Shown here: positions 1-14,139 of the stretch, piece after piece
Position numbering within the stretch: the stretch's first letter is position 1
How the letters are laid out: each line of letters starts with the position of its first letter
Origin: Octopus vulgaris
Taxonomy: Eukaryota
Length of the DNA: 64,000 nt
Direction of reading: 5' to 3'
NCBI GenBank assembly: GCA_951406725.2
Contig: OX597826.1
Span: 64,480,001-64,544,000 of the forward strand
Made by a program: the position numbers and the translations under genes
Notes under the pieces: model-generated
Databases searched by the model: none
What the model was told of the DNA's origin: nothing
What the model saw: the letters and a program-made list of their open reading frames with translations, nothing else

Positions 1-253
1 TTGCAATATCCTGCCACTTATATTACAGCATTCGGACCTCAAGGGTATTCCCTGGCATTTGCCACCTCTCTCCTCCTTTGCTCAACCATCCCATTTATAT
101 TCTGATCCCCATCCCTTTAATAATACATCTGGCATTTTGCCACCATCTCTACCCTGCTGTCTCCCACTCTCTCTCATCTTATCCTGCATTTCCCTCAAGT
201 TGGGTAGCCATGTTTTTTTTTCTTTTGAGGTAGCGCACCTGTTTCTGTCTTCA

Positions 254-284
<31 letters not shown>

Positions 285-516
285 CCCCCGCTCTCTCTCT
301 CTATCTCTCTCTCTCCATCTCTCTCTCTCCCTCTCTCTCTCTTGCCAGGTAACCTTGTACTTCCTCTACAGCAAGACACCTGTTTCTGTCTCACTATAGC
401 CTTTCATCATCTGACATGACATCACCTCCTCCAATGCCCTCTCCCCTCTCAAAAGAGATTTTTTTTTGTCTTGCAAATACTTGGTGACTCTGTCAGTACC
501 AGTGCTACTTAAAAGC

Positions 517-2292
517 ATCCAGTCCACTCTGCTGAGTGGTTGGCATTTGGAAGGACATCAAGCTGTAAAAAACCTTGCCAAAAATAACCTTGCCTGTGCT
601 TGTTCAATGTAAAAAGCACTCAGTCCACTCTGCTGAGTGGTTGGCATTTGGAAGGACATCAAGCTGTAAAAAACCTTGCCAAAAATAACCTTGCCTGTGC
701 TTGTTCAATGTAAAAAGCACTCAGTCCACTCTGCTGAGTGGTTGGCATTTGGAAGGACATCAAGCTGTAAAAAACCTTGCCAAAAATAACCTTGCCTGTG
801 CTTGTTCAATGTAAAAAGCACTCAGTCCACTCTGCTGAGTGGTTGGCATTTGGAAGGACATCAAGCTGTAAAAAACCTTGCCAAAAATAACCTTGCCTGT
901 GCTTGTTCAATGTAAAAAGCACTCAGTCCACTCTGCTGAGTGGTTGGCATTTGGAAGGACATCAAGCTGTAAAAACCTTGCCAAAAATAACCTTGCCTGT
1001 GCTTGTTCAATGTAAAAGCACTCAGTCCACTCTGCTGAGTGGTTGGCATTTGGAAGGACATCAAGCTGTAAAAAACCTTGCCAAAAATAACCTTGCCTGT
1101 GCTTGTTCAATGTAAAAAGCACTCAGTCCACTCTGCTGAGTGGTTGGCATTTGGAAGGACGTCAAGCTGTAAAAACCTTGCCAAAAATAACCTTGCCTGT
1201 GCTTGTTCAATGTAAAAAGCACTCAGTCCACTCTGCTGAGTGGTTGGCATTTGGAAGGACATCAAGCTGTAAAAAACCTTGCCAAAAATAACCTTGCCTG
1301 TGCTTGTTCAATGTAAAAAGCACTCAGTCCACTCTGCTGAGTGGTTGGCATTTGGAAGGACATCAAGCTGTAAAAAACCTTGCCAAAAATAACCTTGCCT
1401 GTGCTTGTTCAATGTAAAAAGCACTCAGTCCACTCTGCTGAGTGGTTGGCATTTGGAAGGACATCAAGCTGTAAAAACCTTGCCAAAAAATAACCTTGCC
1501 TGTGCTTGTTCAATGTAAAAAGCACTCAGTCCACTCTGCTGAGTGGTTGGCATTTGGAAGGACGCCAAGCTGTAAAAACCTTGCCAAAAATAACCTTGCC
1601 TGTGCTTGTTCAATGTAAAAAGCACTCAGTCCACTCTGCTGAGTGGTTGGCATTTGGAAGGACATCAAGCTGTAAAAAACCTTGCCAAAAATAACCTTGC
1701 CTGTGCTTGTTCAATGTAAAAAGCACTCAGTCCACTCTGCTGAGTGGTTGGCATTTGGAAGGACATCAAGCTGTAAAAAACCTTGCCAAAAATAACCTTG
1801 CCTGTGCTTGTTCAATGTAAAAAGCACTCAGTCCACTCTGCTGAGTGGTTGGCATTTGGAAGGACGTCAAGCTGTAAAAACCTTGCCAAAAATAACCTTG
1901 CCTGTGCTTGTTCAATGTAAAAAGCACTCAGTCCACTCTGCTGAGTGGTTGGCATTTGGAAGGACATCAAGCTGTAAAAAACCTTGCCAAAAATAACCTT
2001 GCCTGTGCTTGTTCAATGTAAAAAGCACTCAGTCCACTCTGCTGAGTGGTTGGCATTTGGAAGGACATCAAGCTGTAAAAAACCTTGCCAAAAATAACCT
2101 TGCCTGTGCTTGTTCAATGTAAAAAGCACTCAGTCCACTCTGCTGAGTGGTTGGCATTTGGAAGGACGTCAAGCTGTAAAAACCTTGCCAAAACTGACCT
2201 CACCTGTGCTTGTTCCATGTAAAAAGCACTAAGTTCATTCTTCTGAGTGGTTGGTGTTAGGAAGGTCATCCAGCTGTAAAAATCCTGCCAAA
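517..2292 (+). repeat. Tandem satellite, ~101-bp unit, ~17 near-identical copies, embedded in a (GAT)n-tailed retroposon
   Basis: Unit CAGTCCACTCTGCTGAGTGGTTGGCATTTGGAAGGACATCAAGCTGTAAAAAACCTTGCC...GTAAAAAGCACT. The last unit is diverged and runs into the retroposon tail ending about 2415. Confidence 0.95.
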
Positions 2293-2689
2293 ACAGTTAC
2301 AGAAGTCTGGTGCAGGTTTCTGCCTGGTCGGCTCTTGTAAAACCGTCACGCCTATGTCAGCATGGAAGGCAAACATTAAACAATGACGATGACGATGATG
2401 ATGAGAATGATGATGTGGCCAATAAAAGAAATCATTATTGAGTAAGAGAGCAATGTGTACCATCAAAGTGACACTGGGGTACAAATACAAAAAGCCCAAA
2501 ATATCCATCATGACTACTTGTCTGATAAGGGTACACCAGGCACATGCGTCACAATCATATGTGTGCGACAGTGAAAACTATTTTCCAGGAGGCTGAACCT
2601 CATTAAGGGGATGACAGGGGATTGCAATAAGAGAAAAGAAAAGGACAAAAAAAACCTCATCCAGACCATGCTGGTATAGAAAGGTAGAC

Positions 2690-3075
2690 ATAAAAATGAT
2701 GACAATAATGATGAAGATGACAACGATGGTGATAACGACAATGATGATGATGATGATGTTAATGACAATGATGGTGATGATGATGATGATGAAAATGATG
2801 ATGACTGTAATGATAATAATAGTGATGATTATAATGGTGACGATGATAATGGTGATAATGATAATGATGGTGATAATGATGATAATGGTGGTGGTGGTGG
2901 TGGTGGTGATGATAATGATGATGAGAAGTAGGAGGAGGATGGTGATGATGATGATGATGATTGTGATGATGATGATGATGATGATGACAATGACAACGAT
3001 GACAATGATGGTGATGATGATGATTATGATGATGACAACAACATGATGACTATGATGATAATGATGACAATAGTG
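2690..3075. repeat. Compound (ATG/GTG)n microsatellite
   Basis: Direct reading. Confidence 0.95.
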
Positions 3076-4202
3076 ATTAATTGAAAAGAGGGAAGAGAAA
3101 AATAAAATTGTATTCTGTTTAGATGTGCAAAGATTCTGATATTTCCATCTCTTGGAGAAAAAAAAAAACACAAAAATCCTAGCTGTTCTGACAAATGGCA
3201 TTTGGTGCTGTAAGCTGTAACATTAAACATTTATTAAATTTCACTTCTAAACATTAGACAAAATGACAAACAGAATTGAGTGATATTTTCTTGCAGGACA
3301 TCAAATGTTTTCAGTAAAAAAATTGGCATTAAGGTCTTTTTTTTTAAATTTGATTTAAGTTTATTTATATTTATTTATATTCTGATCCCCATCCCTTTAA
3401 TATGTCTGGCATTTTGCCACCATCTCTACCCTGCTGCCTCCCACTCTCTCTCTCTCTCTCACCTTCTCCTGAATTTCCCTTGTTTATTTATTGGTTTTGT
3501 TGCAATGACAATTAGGACAAGCATTTTAAAATGGCAAAAGGCAATTAATAAGTGTAGCTAGAAGTGTGGGGGTGGAGTGGGGTGGGGTCAAAGGCTTGGA
3601 AGGAGTTCTACCTCAGGCAATACTTTTATGGAGGTGGTGGGGATGAAGGCCAGTAGCACTTTTGGGCCTGTTGTATAAGCCTGCATTGACTGTATTGAAA
3701 TGTTGGGACACAGTTTCCAGTTTTAGATTTAGTGTACCAGGTTCAGTCAAATTTTAAATTTTTTTTTGTATTTCAAGCTTTGATTAATAGTTCAAACAAA
3801 TTACATATGAAAAACATTTATTCATCTATTATATAAAATCCATTCCGTCTGTCCGTCTGTGTGTCTTCTAGGATCTTGGGCATCCTCCATCTGATTGCGC
3901 TCAAATTTAATATGTAGATACCGACAGTATCAGGGCGTGTATAAGTCTTGAAAAAATTACAAAAATCGATTCCAGGTGAGAATGCGATCGATAAAACCAT
4001 GGGAACATGCATTTGTAAAATCTTTTTTCTTGGAATAGAAGAAAAAGTCTATCTTTATTTCTTCTTTTGCTGGTGTCTCAAATTTAGGTTAAATCAGTGT
4101 TTCTGGGGAGACCTATGGGATGGTTGGACAAGTTGTTTTGAGAAAATTTGGTTTAAATGTTTGACAACTCAGCACCGTCCATTGGATAGGGGCCGTTTTG
4201 CT

Positions 4203-4493
4203 CATCAAATATATATGCCATCATATTCTGCTGCCTGTTGCTGTCATTGTTCCAGATGCTCAATTCTATGCTTATACCATTTGGTTGCTTTAGAGGCAAA
4301 AAACTCCCTGAACATGTTTTCAATTTCATTCACATAGTTGAACCTTTGTCTGTGCAGAAAATGAGCCATGGCTCAGAAAAGGTGGTAATCTGATGATGCA
4401 AGGTTTAGACTGTAGGCAGGCTGAGGCAGCACTTCCAGTCCTTCATTCCTCAAGTTTGCATTTGGTCATATTGGCAGTGTGTTTGGGAGCATT
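4203..4493 (-). mobile_element. Mariner transposase C-terminal relic
   Basis: Translates with a frameshift and stops to NAPKHTA...LEVLPQPAYSLNLASSDYHLF*AMAHFL...EFFASK...WY...EYDGIYI; matches the mariner PHPPYSPDLAPSDYHLF motif. Confidence 0.8.
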
Positions 4494-4601
4494 TGATATA
4501 TTTTAATAAATTCATCAGATGAGGAGCACCAAACCTATGCTTTTGCAGACCTACCTAAACTCATGAAGATGATATGGTTGATATCCATCCTGAACATCTC
4601 T

Positions 4602-4814
4602 CTCTTTTACTCTTTTACTTGTTTCAGTCATTTGACTGCGGCCATGCTGGACCACCACCTTTAGTCGAGCAAATCGACCCCGGGACTTATTCTTTGTAAG
4701 CCCAGTACTTATTCTATCGGTCTTTCTTGCCGAACCGCTAAGTGACGGGGATGTAAACACACCAGCATCGGTTGTCAAGCAATGCTAGGGGGACAAACAC
4801 AGACACACAAACAT

Positions 4815-4851
<37 letters not shown>

Positions 4852-5277
4852 CATATATATGTTTCTTTATTACCCACAAGGGGCTTAACATAGAGGGAGC
4901 AAACAAGGACAGACAAACGAATTAAGTCGATTACATCGACCCCAGTGTGTAGCTGGTACTTAATTTATCGACCTCGAAAGGATGAAAGGCAAAGTCGACC
5001 TCGGCGGTATTTGAACTCAGGACGTAACGGCAGACGAAATACTGCTACGCATTTCGCCCGGCGTGCTAACGGTTCTGCCAGCTCGCCGCCTTCTGTATAT
5101 ATATACATATATACGACAGGCTTCTTTCAGTTTCCGTCGACCAAATCCACTCACAAGGCATTGGTCGGCCCGGGGCTATAGCAGAAGACACTTGCCCAAG
5201 ATGCCATACAGTGGGACTGAACCCACAACCATGTGGTTGGTTAGCAAGCTACTTACCACACAGCCACTCCTGCGCCT
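4602..5277 (-). mobile_element. SINE family 1 (tRNA head, CORE-like box, internal (TG)n) with a nested family-3 SINE at ~4862-5091
   Basis: Same consensus as 48172-48602; interrupted within its internal microsatellite. Confidence 0.85.
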
Positions 5278-6076
5278 CTACACTAACGTCTGCAAAAAAA
5301 AAAAAAAGACAAATATAAAGAGGGAGTAAACTAGGAATCGGTCTGAATATTGTTGACAGCATTAACCGCACCAAAGTTACCCAAGAACCGTGTAATGGTA
5401 TTAAGCCAAGCAACATGTTAAATCTATTGCCCAAATACTGAAGACACCCAATGTCTAAATGATTTTAAACTTGACAGTGTGTTAGATATAACATACAAAT
5501 GTCTTTTAGACACCAAGAACCTGGTGGTACTATAAAACCAGACAATGCGTTAGGTTTAACATTTGGATATTAAAGAAATGCAAGGACCAGAGGATAGTTT
5601 TAAATTAGGCTCTGTTAGACTACTAGCCATGACTAACTTGTCCTACATGTATAAAGACCCTCTTTAGTCGTCAATGACCATGGATTACACAAAGAAAGTT
5701 CCCCTCTGAGGCACAAGTCAGGGTAAGGTTGTTTACAGAAGACCAACAGTCGCCCATGCATACCAGCCTCCCCTCTCCACACCACCGATGTTATCCAAGG
5801 GAGAGACAAAGACCAATACAGTTTGGCACCAGTGACAACACAACTCATTTCTACAGCTGAGTGAACTGGAGCAACATGAAATAAAGTGTCTTGATCAAGA
5901 ACACAACACAGCCTGATCTGGGAATCGAACTCACTGCTCTAACTGGGAATCGAGCTCAATGCTCTAACCACTGGGCTATGCACCTTCATACACACACACA
6001 CACACACTTATATATGTATGTATCATGCCAGCATGGAAGGTGGACGTTAAACGATGATGATGATACATACATACAT

Positions 6077-6154
<78 letters not shown>

Positions 6155-6288
6155 GCACACACACACACACATATTTATATAATAGATTTTTGAATGATAA
6201 ACTAGGGGGAATTTTGTGGTTTTGCAGTAAAATGGGATTAAAATGAAAATGAATCCAGAACTTCTAAAAAGGAAAAGCGAAACACAAA

Positions 6289-6692
6289 CAGGCATGTCTG
6301 TGTGGGTAAGGAACTTGCTTTGCAACCATGTAGTTTTAGATTCAGTTCCACTGTATGGTGCCTTGGTCAAGTGTTTTCTGCTATAGCTCCAGGCTGACCA
6401 ATACCTTGTGTCTTGTGAGTGAATTTGGTAGTAGGAAACTGTGGAAATGTGTCGTATATATTTATATATACCTGTGTGTGTGTGTGTGTCTTTGTGTTTG
6501 TGTTTGTCCACGCCCACTGCTTGACAACTGGTGTTAGTTTGTTTACATCCCCATCACTTTGCAGTCTGGCAAAAGAGGTAACGGAATAAGTACCAGGCTT
6601 AAAAAACAAGTACTGAGGTAAAATTTGTTCAACTAAAACCCTTTAAGGTGATGCTCCAGCATGGCTGCAGTCCAATGACTGAAACAAGTAAA
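6289..6692 (+). mobile_element. SINE family 1, diverged copy
   Basis: Alignable to 48172-48602. Confidence 0.8.
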
Positions 6693-7210
6693 GGGTAATA
6701 AGCAAAATACTGAACTCTATCCAGAAACATAATGCCAGCCTTGCTCTGGATTTGACATCAAGACCAACAGGCTGGCAGACTCAAGGTGCCTCCAGACTTT
6801 ATTATTGTTAGCAACAAAGAAATAAATCTTTCACTGAAATTCCTTTCAGATGAATTGGATTTATTATTCTTTTGTTCGTTTTCTTTTTCCTTTTCTAGTT
6901 TTCTTTCTTTCTTTCTTTCTTTTTTTTTTGGTTTTTGGCAGGAGTGTCAAAAATAATAGGAAATTAACTCTAAATGCTTTCTGGAAATCTCTTTTTATAT
7001 TGGAGGATATGATTGTTTTCCAGAAGAAAAAGATGATGATGATGAGGAGGAAGAGGAGGAGGAGGAGAATGAGGAGGGGGATATAGAATGTATGTTTGTA
7101 TGTATGTCTGTTTGCATGTGTGTGTGTATGTGTGTGTGTATGTATGTATGTATGTATGCATGCATGCATGTATGTATGTATGCATGCATGTATGTATGTG
7201 TGTGTATATA

Positions 7211-7250
<40 letters not shown>

Positions 7251-8267
7251 CAGGGGTTGGACAAAGTAATGGAAACACCTAGCATCATACCATCATAATT
7301 TTGAAATATCTATAAAACTGTCAAACGCTTGATGTTTTGCTAAAATTGTTGTTTCTTTTCAGATATCATTAAAAAAAAGGTAATTAAAATTTATTAAAAT
7401 GACAGATCTATCGGACTTTCAAAGAGGTCAAATTGTTGGTGCTCGTATGGCTGGTACTAGCATAATGAAACCAGCCACAATGTTTGGTGTATCAAGACGC
7501 ACTGTCTCGAAAGTAATGACAGCCTTTGAGAAAGAGTGAAAAACCTCCTCTTCCAAAAGAAAATTCCGGAAGAAAATCAAAATTTTCAGATAGGGACCAT
7601 AAGACTATTACGCAAATTGTTAGAAAGGATCCCAAAAGTACAGTTCCCAAGATTACTGCAGAGCTTAATGACCACCTCGAGAACCCAGTTTCCACAAAAA
7701 CTGTTCGCCAGGAGCTGCTCAAAGCCAGATTTCATGGGAGGGCTGCAATCAGAAAACCACCACTTTCAAAAACAAACATTGCAAAGCATTTAGAGTGGAG
7801 TAAAAACCTACAGAATTGGTCCCTAGAGCAGTGGAAGAATGTTATTTTCTTGGACAAGTCATCCTTTACCTTATTTCCAACCAACGGTCAAGTATACATG
7901 TGGAGACTGCCAAAACAAGCATTTGACACAGACTGCCTTCTTCCAACTGTTAAACATGGAGGAAGTTCTGTGATTAGTTGAGCGAAAGACCAACAAAATA
8001 CCTTGTAACACCAAAGATGAACTGAAGGCAAGGATTATGGCAGCTTTCACCAACTTAAACAAGGAAACTGTCCACAAGAGCTGCAGGAGATTCCAAAGTT
8101 GTTTTGAGGCCATGGTCTAAGCCAATGGTAATTTTATTGAATAAATTTAATCTTTAGTATTTCAAGATATTTTTATGTAATTTAGGTAAATATATCTGTT
8201 AAAATGAGATGTCAGTGTTATTGTCATTTTTGCGTAATTTTGGCAACAATTTATTCACCGCACCCTG
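7251..8267 (+). mobile_element. Tc1/mariner-superfamily relic (Tc1-type 5' part joined to a different 3' part)
   Basis: TA-CAGGGGTTGG start; MTDLSDFQRGQIVGARMAG HTH at 7399; frameshifted ORF 7526-7981 with WKNVIFLDKS and PTVKHGG; C-terminus ...LKARIMAAF...ANGNFIE*; ends CACCCTG-TA. Confidence 0.85.
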
Positions 8268-8282
8268 TATATGTGTGTGTGC

Positions 8283-8327
<45 letters not shown>

Positions 8328-9319
8328 TATGTATGTACATGAAGAAGGAGAGAGAGAGAGAGAGAGAGACAGAGAGTAGTAAAGATAAAACACAAACAAA
8401 TGAACAAGTTATAAATATATGTATGTGTTTATGTGTATACATATATGCATACATACATATATTTGCACACACACACACACACACATAAATATGTATACAT
8501 ACATATTTACAAACATATATTTACATACACACACACACGCGCATGCATATGAAATTCAGGTAATATTACATCTGATGATGTAAGATTATAGGTATAAACA
8601 ATTAGTGCTCAGGTTGACTTGCTACCTAAAACTCCAACTTGAACTGCAACTATAAATGCAAGAATGTTATAACTGCCTAATGAAGACTGGCTATAGGCAA
8701 TGTTTCAATTGTACTGACACACATATAATAAAATAAAAGTACAAACAGGCAAACAACTCACTTTCTTCTACTGATGGAGTAGATTACTGCCGGTGGAATG
8801 CTTGCATGGAATTGCACTATTTGCACATCTATTCGTGAAACAGCTGTAAGGTATTACCTGCATATTGTCTTCATTCTTATCAGCCAGCTTTGGATTCTAC
8901 CTACAATAACCTGCTTTGTTTGCTATCTAATACTAATAATATGGACTTACCTTATTAATGATCTGGGAGAATGCTATCATATATCACAACTATTATGAAC
9001 ATTCTTCTTGTTGACCTTTTATTGATCTCTTGTGATCTAAACTCCAATAGCATTCACATCTATCCTCAAGTTTTGTCAATATATGAATAAATAAATATCT
9101 TAATCTCACCTGATTCCAGTTTGTTTGTTTGTAACTTTATTCTTTTGTATTATATGTAAATATTTATGTATGTATGTATGCACGTATGTATGTATGTATG
9201 TGTGTGTGTGTGTGCGTATGTATGTATATATATCTGGTCACGGATATATATACATACATACATACACACATACATAAATATATAAACTGTTAAGAGTAGA
9301 TATTAGACCTTTATCTTGG

Positions 9320-9362
<43 letters not shown>

Positions 9363-9796
9363 TGTATATATTATATTTTGTGAAATTTGATTTAGTATTT
9401 CTAAATTGAATTTTTCCCTGTAAGTTTGGAATAATATTTCCATATTATTATTATATAAGTGTATATGTATGCGTTATATATGTCATATATATGTCATATA
9501 TATGTCATAAGATAAATGAATATTATATATATTATATATGTATTTATATATTATGCACTTGAGCTGGTGTCACACGAAATGCACTCGTCAGTATCATGTA
9601 AAATGCACTTGTGCTGGTGCCACATAAGATTCACTCATGTTGATGGCATGTAAAAACACCGACCACACTTGGTAAAGTGGTTGGCATTAGGAAGGGAATC
9701 CAGCCGTAGAAACTATGCCAAAACAGACAAATGGAGCATGGGCAGCTCTCTGGCTGGCCAGTTCTTGTCAATGAACATAAAACACTGTTGATGATG

Positions 9797-9846
<50 letters not shown>

Positions 9847-10094
9847 GTAAATGTAATATGTGACAATTATTTGGTAGCCATGATAAAACTCTGAGTTTCC
9901 TCTATTTACATAAAATCGAGGTCTCTTTCTTTCTTTTGTTTTCTTACCGTTTTTATCAATATATATATATATATATATATATGGAGAGAGAGAGAGAGAG
10001 AGAGAGATCAGCCTTGTTTAGGATGAATACATTGAGAGACCTGCCAAACTTACTGAATTGGAGCAGAATTAAATAAGTGATGGGATGAAGAAAG

Positions 10095-10148
<54 letters not shown>

Positions 10149-10473
10149 GAGAAGTGAGGAGGAATGGAATATAGATAAAATATTACAAGTAAATAGGTGG
10201 AAATAGATAAATCTTTAAATTGATTAGTGAAAGAAAGAGAATTAGTGATAGTTCCTATTATTACCATTCAGTGGGGAGTATTGAACAGTTAAATGAAAAA
10301 TGACTATATAAGTTAAATTCAATGAAAACTAGTTTTTTGATAAGAAGGTTTAAATTATAAAATGTTAATGATAAATTTAAATTAAACATTTTATAAGTAA
10401 AAAGAATTTAAAATAATAAATGATAGTAATCCAACTAGGAATTAGTGGTTAAGTTATTCTTTTATTCTTTTAT

Positions 10474-10971
10474 GTGGAGGCACAATGGCCCAGTGGTTAG
10501 GGCAGCGGACTCGTGGTTGTAGGATCGCTGTTTCAATTCCCAGACTAGGCATTGTGAGTATTTATTGAGCAAAAACACCTGAAGCTCCATGAGGCTCTGG
10601 CAGGGAGTGGTAGTGAACCCTGCTGTACTCTTTCACCACAACTTTCTCACACTCTTTCTTCCTATTTCTGTTGTACCTGCATTTCAAAGGGCCAGCCTTG
10701 TCACACTGAATCTCCCCGAGAACCATGTTAAGGGTACATGTGTCTGTGGAGTGCTCAGCCATTTGCACGTTAATAAATGAGTTGTGACATCACTGGTGCC
10801 AAGCTGTATCTGCTGTTGCCTTTCCCTTGGATAACATCGGTGGCATAGAGAAGGGAAGCTGGTATGCATGGGTGACTGCTGGTCTTCCATAAAAAAACCT
10901 TGCCCAGACTTGTGTCTCAGAGGATAACTTTCTAGGTGCAATCCCATGGTCATTCATGACCGAAGGGGGTC
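10474..10971 (+). mobile_element. SINE family 2 (tRNA head GTGGAGGCGCAATGGCCCAGTGG), chimeric tail
   Basis: Head and body as 49832-50215 up to about 10775, then a tail shared with 5652-5840. Confidence 0.8.
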
Positions 10972-11304
10972 ACAACAATTCTTTTATATGTTTCAGCCCC
11001 AAGGCTGTGGCTATGCTGGAGCACAAGATTATCACAAATGATTAAATTGATAAATCAGACTAACTTTTATCTTTTACTGGTTTTAGTCATTGGACTGCAG
11101 CCATTCTGGGGCACCACCCTGAAGGGTTTAGTGAAACAAATCAACGCCAGTACTTACATTCTTTTTAAAGTCTACTACTTATTCTCTTGGACTCTTTCGG
11201 TCAAACTGCTAAGTCAAAGGGACATAAACAAACCAGACAAACACAAACACAAAGACTGAAACATATAAAAGAATAAAACATATAAAAGAATAAAAATACA
11301 TACA

Positions 11305-11735
11305 TCTTTTATCTTTTATCTTTTGTCTTTTACTTGTGTCAGTCATTAGACAGTGGCCATGCTGGGGCACCAGCTTAAGGAATTTTTAGTCGAATGTATT
11401 GACACCAATATTTATTTTTACCTTTTTTTTAAGCCTGATACTTATTTTATTGGTCTCTTTGCTAAACTGCTAAGTTACAGGCACATAAATACACCAACAC
11501 TGGAGGTCGAGTGGTGGTGGGGGGAGGGGGACAAATTCAGACATAAAGACACACACACACGCACACACATACGATGGGCTTCTTTCAGTTTCCCTTTACC
11601 AAATACACTCGCAAGGCTTTGGTTGGCCTGAGGCTATAATAGAAGACACTTGCCGAAGGTGCCACGCAGTGGAACTGAACCTGGAACCATGCGGTTGGAA
11701 GCAGGGTTCTTACCACACAGCCACACTTGTGCCTA
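11305..11735 (-). mobile_element. SINE family 1, diverged copy
   Basis: Alignable to 54446-54838. Confidence 0.8.
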
Positions 11736-12289
11736 CACACACACACACACACACACATTATACTTTTACAAGATGGATGACAGTAACTTTGAAGTTTTGA
11801 CCTGCTAATCTTTGTTAAATACTAGCAAGTTGAAGTTTTTGAAGTACTATTGCCCCGCTTCATGAAAAAGAATAAATAAATACATACTCAACAAAAAGTA
11901 TTCAGTGATTAATTCTAAATTGCTTTTACTATAGCTCAACATAAAAACAAACATTTGTATATACACACTCATACATTTATGTACATTTAGTCAGACATTG
12001 GCAAATATTTGTAATTTGGCAGAAATGCGTCAGAAGTTAAGAAAATGAAAGGTTGGTAATGGCTAGAAGTGAAGATAGAAATCAGTGTAGAAAATAAAAT
12101 GAAAAAATTATTTTCAGAATTGAAGTATTATTGAAAAATTCCATATTTGAAAAATTCCATATCTATTGAAACTTTTAGTTGTTGATGTTTCTGTTGTGGT
12201 AGTTGTTGCTGTTGTTGTTGTTGTAGAAGAGGGATGAAGTTGGAGAAGGGATTAAAGCAACAGGAGCAAGGCAGGAAAAGAAGAAAAAA

Positions 12290-12800
12290 GAGAAAAGGAA
12301 AATGAAATGGTGAAAAGAAAGAAAGGATGAAAGAAAGAAAGAAGGAAAGAAAGAAAGATGAAAGAAAGAAGGAAGGAAGGAAGAATGAGGAATATAGAAA
12401 TAAAGAAAGAAAGGATGAAAGAAAGAAGGAAAGAAGGAAAGAAAGAAAGAAAGAAAGAAGGAAAGAAGGAAAGAAAGAAAGAAAGAAGGAAAGAAACAAA
12501 GAAAGAAAGAAAGAAAGAAAGAAAGATGAAAGAAAGAAAGATGAAAGAAAGAAGAAAAGAATGAAAGAAGGAAAGAAGGATAGAAAGAAATAAAGAAAGA
12601 AAGAAAGATGAAAGAAAGAAGGAAGGAAGGAAGAATGGGGAATATAGAAAGAAATGAAATAATAAAGAACTGTAAGAAAGAAAGAAAGAAAGAAACAAAC
12701 ACAAAAGAATGAAGGAAGGGAAGACAAGTAAAAGAAGAAATGAGACAAAGAAAAGATGGAAAACAGAAAATCAAAAAGAAAAAGAAAAAGAACAAAAATG
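12290..12800. repeat. Purine-rich (GAAA/GGAA)n low-complexity tract
   Basis: Direct reading. Confidence 0.95.
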
Positions 12801-13193
12801 TGGAGGAGGGAAAAAAAATAAGAAAAAGGAAAGAACACTAATATAAGAAAAATATAAAAAAGCCAGAAAACTAGATAAACAAATCCAAGTGGAACAAATA
12901 TAAAAAAGTGCAAAGCTGATAAAAAAAATATTAAAAGAAAAGTAAAGGAAATGGTAAGAACAGTTGAATAATTTGAATAACTTGTTGGTAATTCAGAAAA
13001 AATTTGGCAAGTGAGAAAAATAGGACAAATATCTTTTACATCTTTCTGTAATTCAAGAGAAAAACTTCTGAAGTTTAAATTGAGAATTTATTTTGTTAGA
13101 ATTCATAAGAGAGGGACTTGACTGTAATTTTCTTTCAGTCTTTAAACACTGACACACACATGCACACACACAGAGACATAGACACATGCACAC

Positions 13194-13233
<40 letters not shown>

Positions 13234-13335
13234 ACACACAGACACACACAAACACACATGCACACACACACACACATGCACACAAACACACATGCACACA
13301 CACAGAGACATAGACATGCAAACACGCACACACAC

Positions 13336-13371
<36 letters not shown>

Positions 13372-13478
13372 GTGTGCACACACACACAGAGGGGTACATG
13401 CATAGACATGTACTGACATACTGACACGCATACAAATGGATATACATACTTCACTGATACTGGCTTCTCAGAACACAT

Positions 13479-13511
<33 letters not shown>

Positions 13512-13758
13512 CACACACACACACACATACAGAGGGTACATGCATAGACATGTACTGACATGCTGACATAACACGCACACAAATCGATATACATTCTTCA
13601 TCGATACGGGCTCCTCAAAACACGTGCACAACACACACATACACACATCTGTATGTATATAAGTATGATGATGCAAAGAGGAAAAAATAGAATTCAAAGT
13701 TTATTTAGCAGAAGCAACAGAGTGACTCAAAGTCCGAGAGTTTCATGAGTTGGCACTT

Positions 13759-13790
<32 letters not shown>

Positions 13791-13928
13791 TCTACAGCAG
13801 ACACTAGAGACCAGTGCAGCCCTCAGGCTAGTTGAATCCTGGCAAACCATCAAACCCATGCCGACATGAATAAATTCTGGTGTTAAATGATGATAGTAAT
13901 TATGATAATAATGATGATGATGATGATA

Positions 13929-13985
<57 letters not shown>

Positions 13986-13990
13986 TATAT

Positions 13991-14139
13991 TGGCGTTAAG
14001 AAGGGCATCCTTGGCGTTAGGAAGGGCATCCAGCTGTAGAAACATTGCCAGATCAGACTGGGCCTGGTGCAGCCTTCTGGCTTCCCAGACCCCAGTTGAA
14101 CCGTCCAACCCATGCTAGCTTGGAAAGCGGATGCTAAAC

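Noticed and set aside
517-2292. Possible CRISPR array, or coding repeats (ORFs 861-1996)
   Set aside because: Units are head-to-tail with no unique spacers and no cas genes; indels in A-runs shift the frames; eukaryotic context.
2578-3201. Long ORFs of poly-Ile/Met; also poly-CV, HT, YI and FLS ORFs at 5.9-7.3, 12.1-13.7, 17.7-18.5 and 25 kb
   Set aside because: Translations of microsatellites that lack stop codons by composition.
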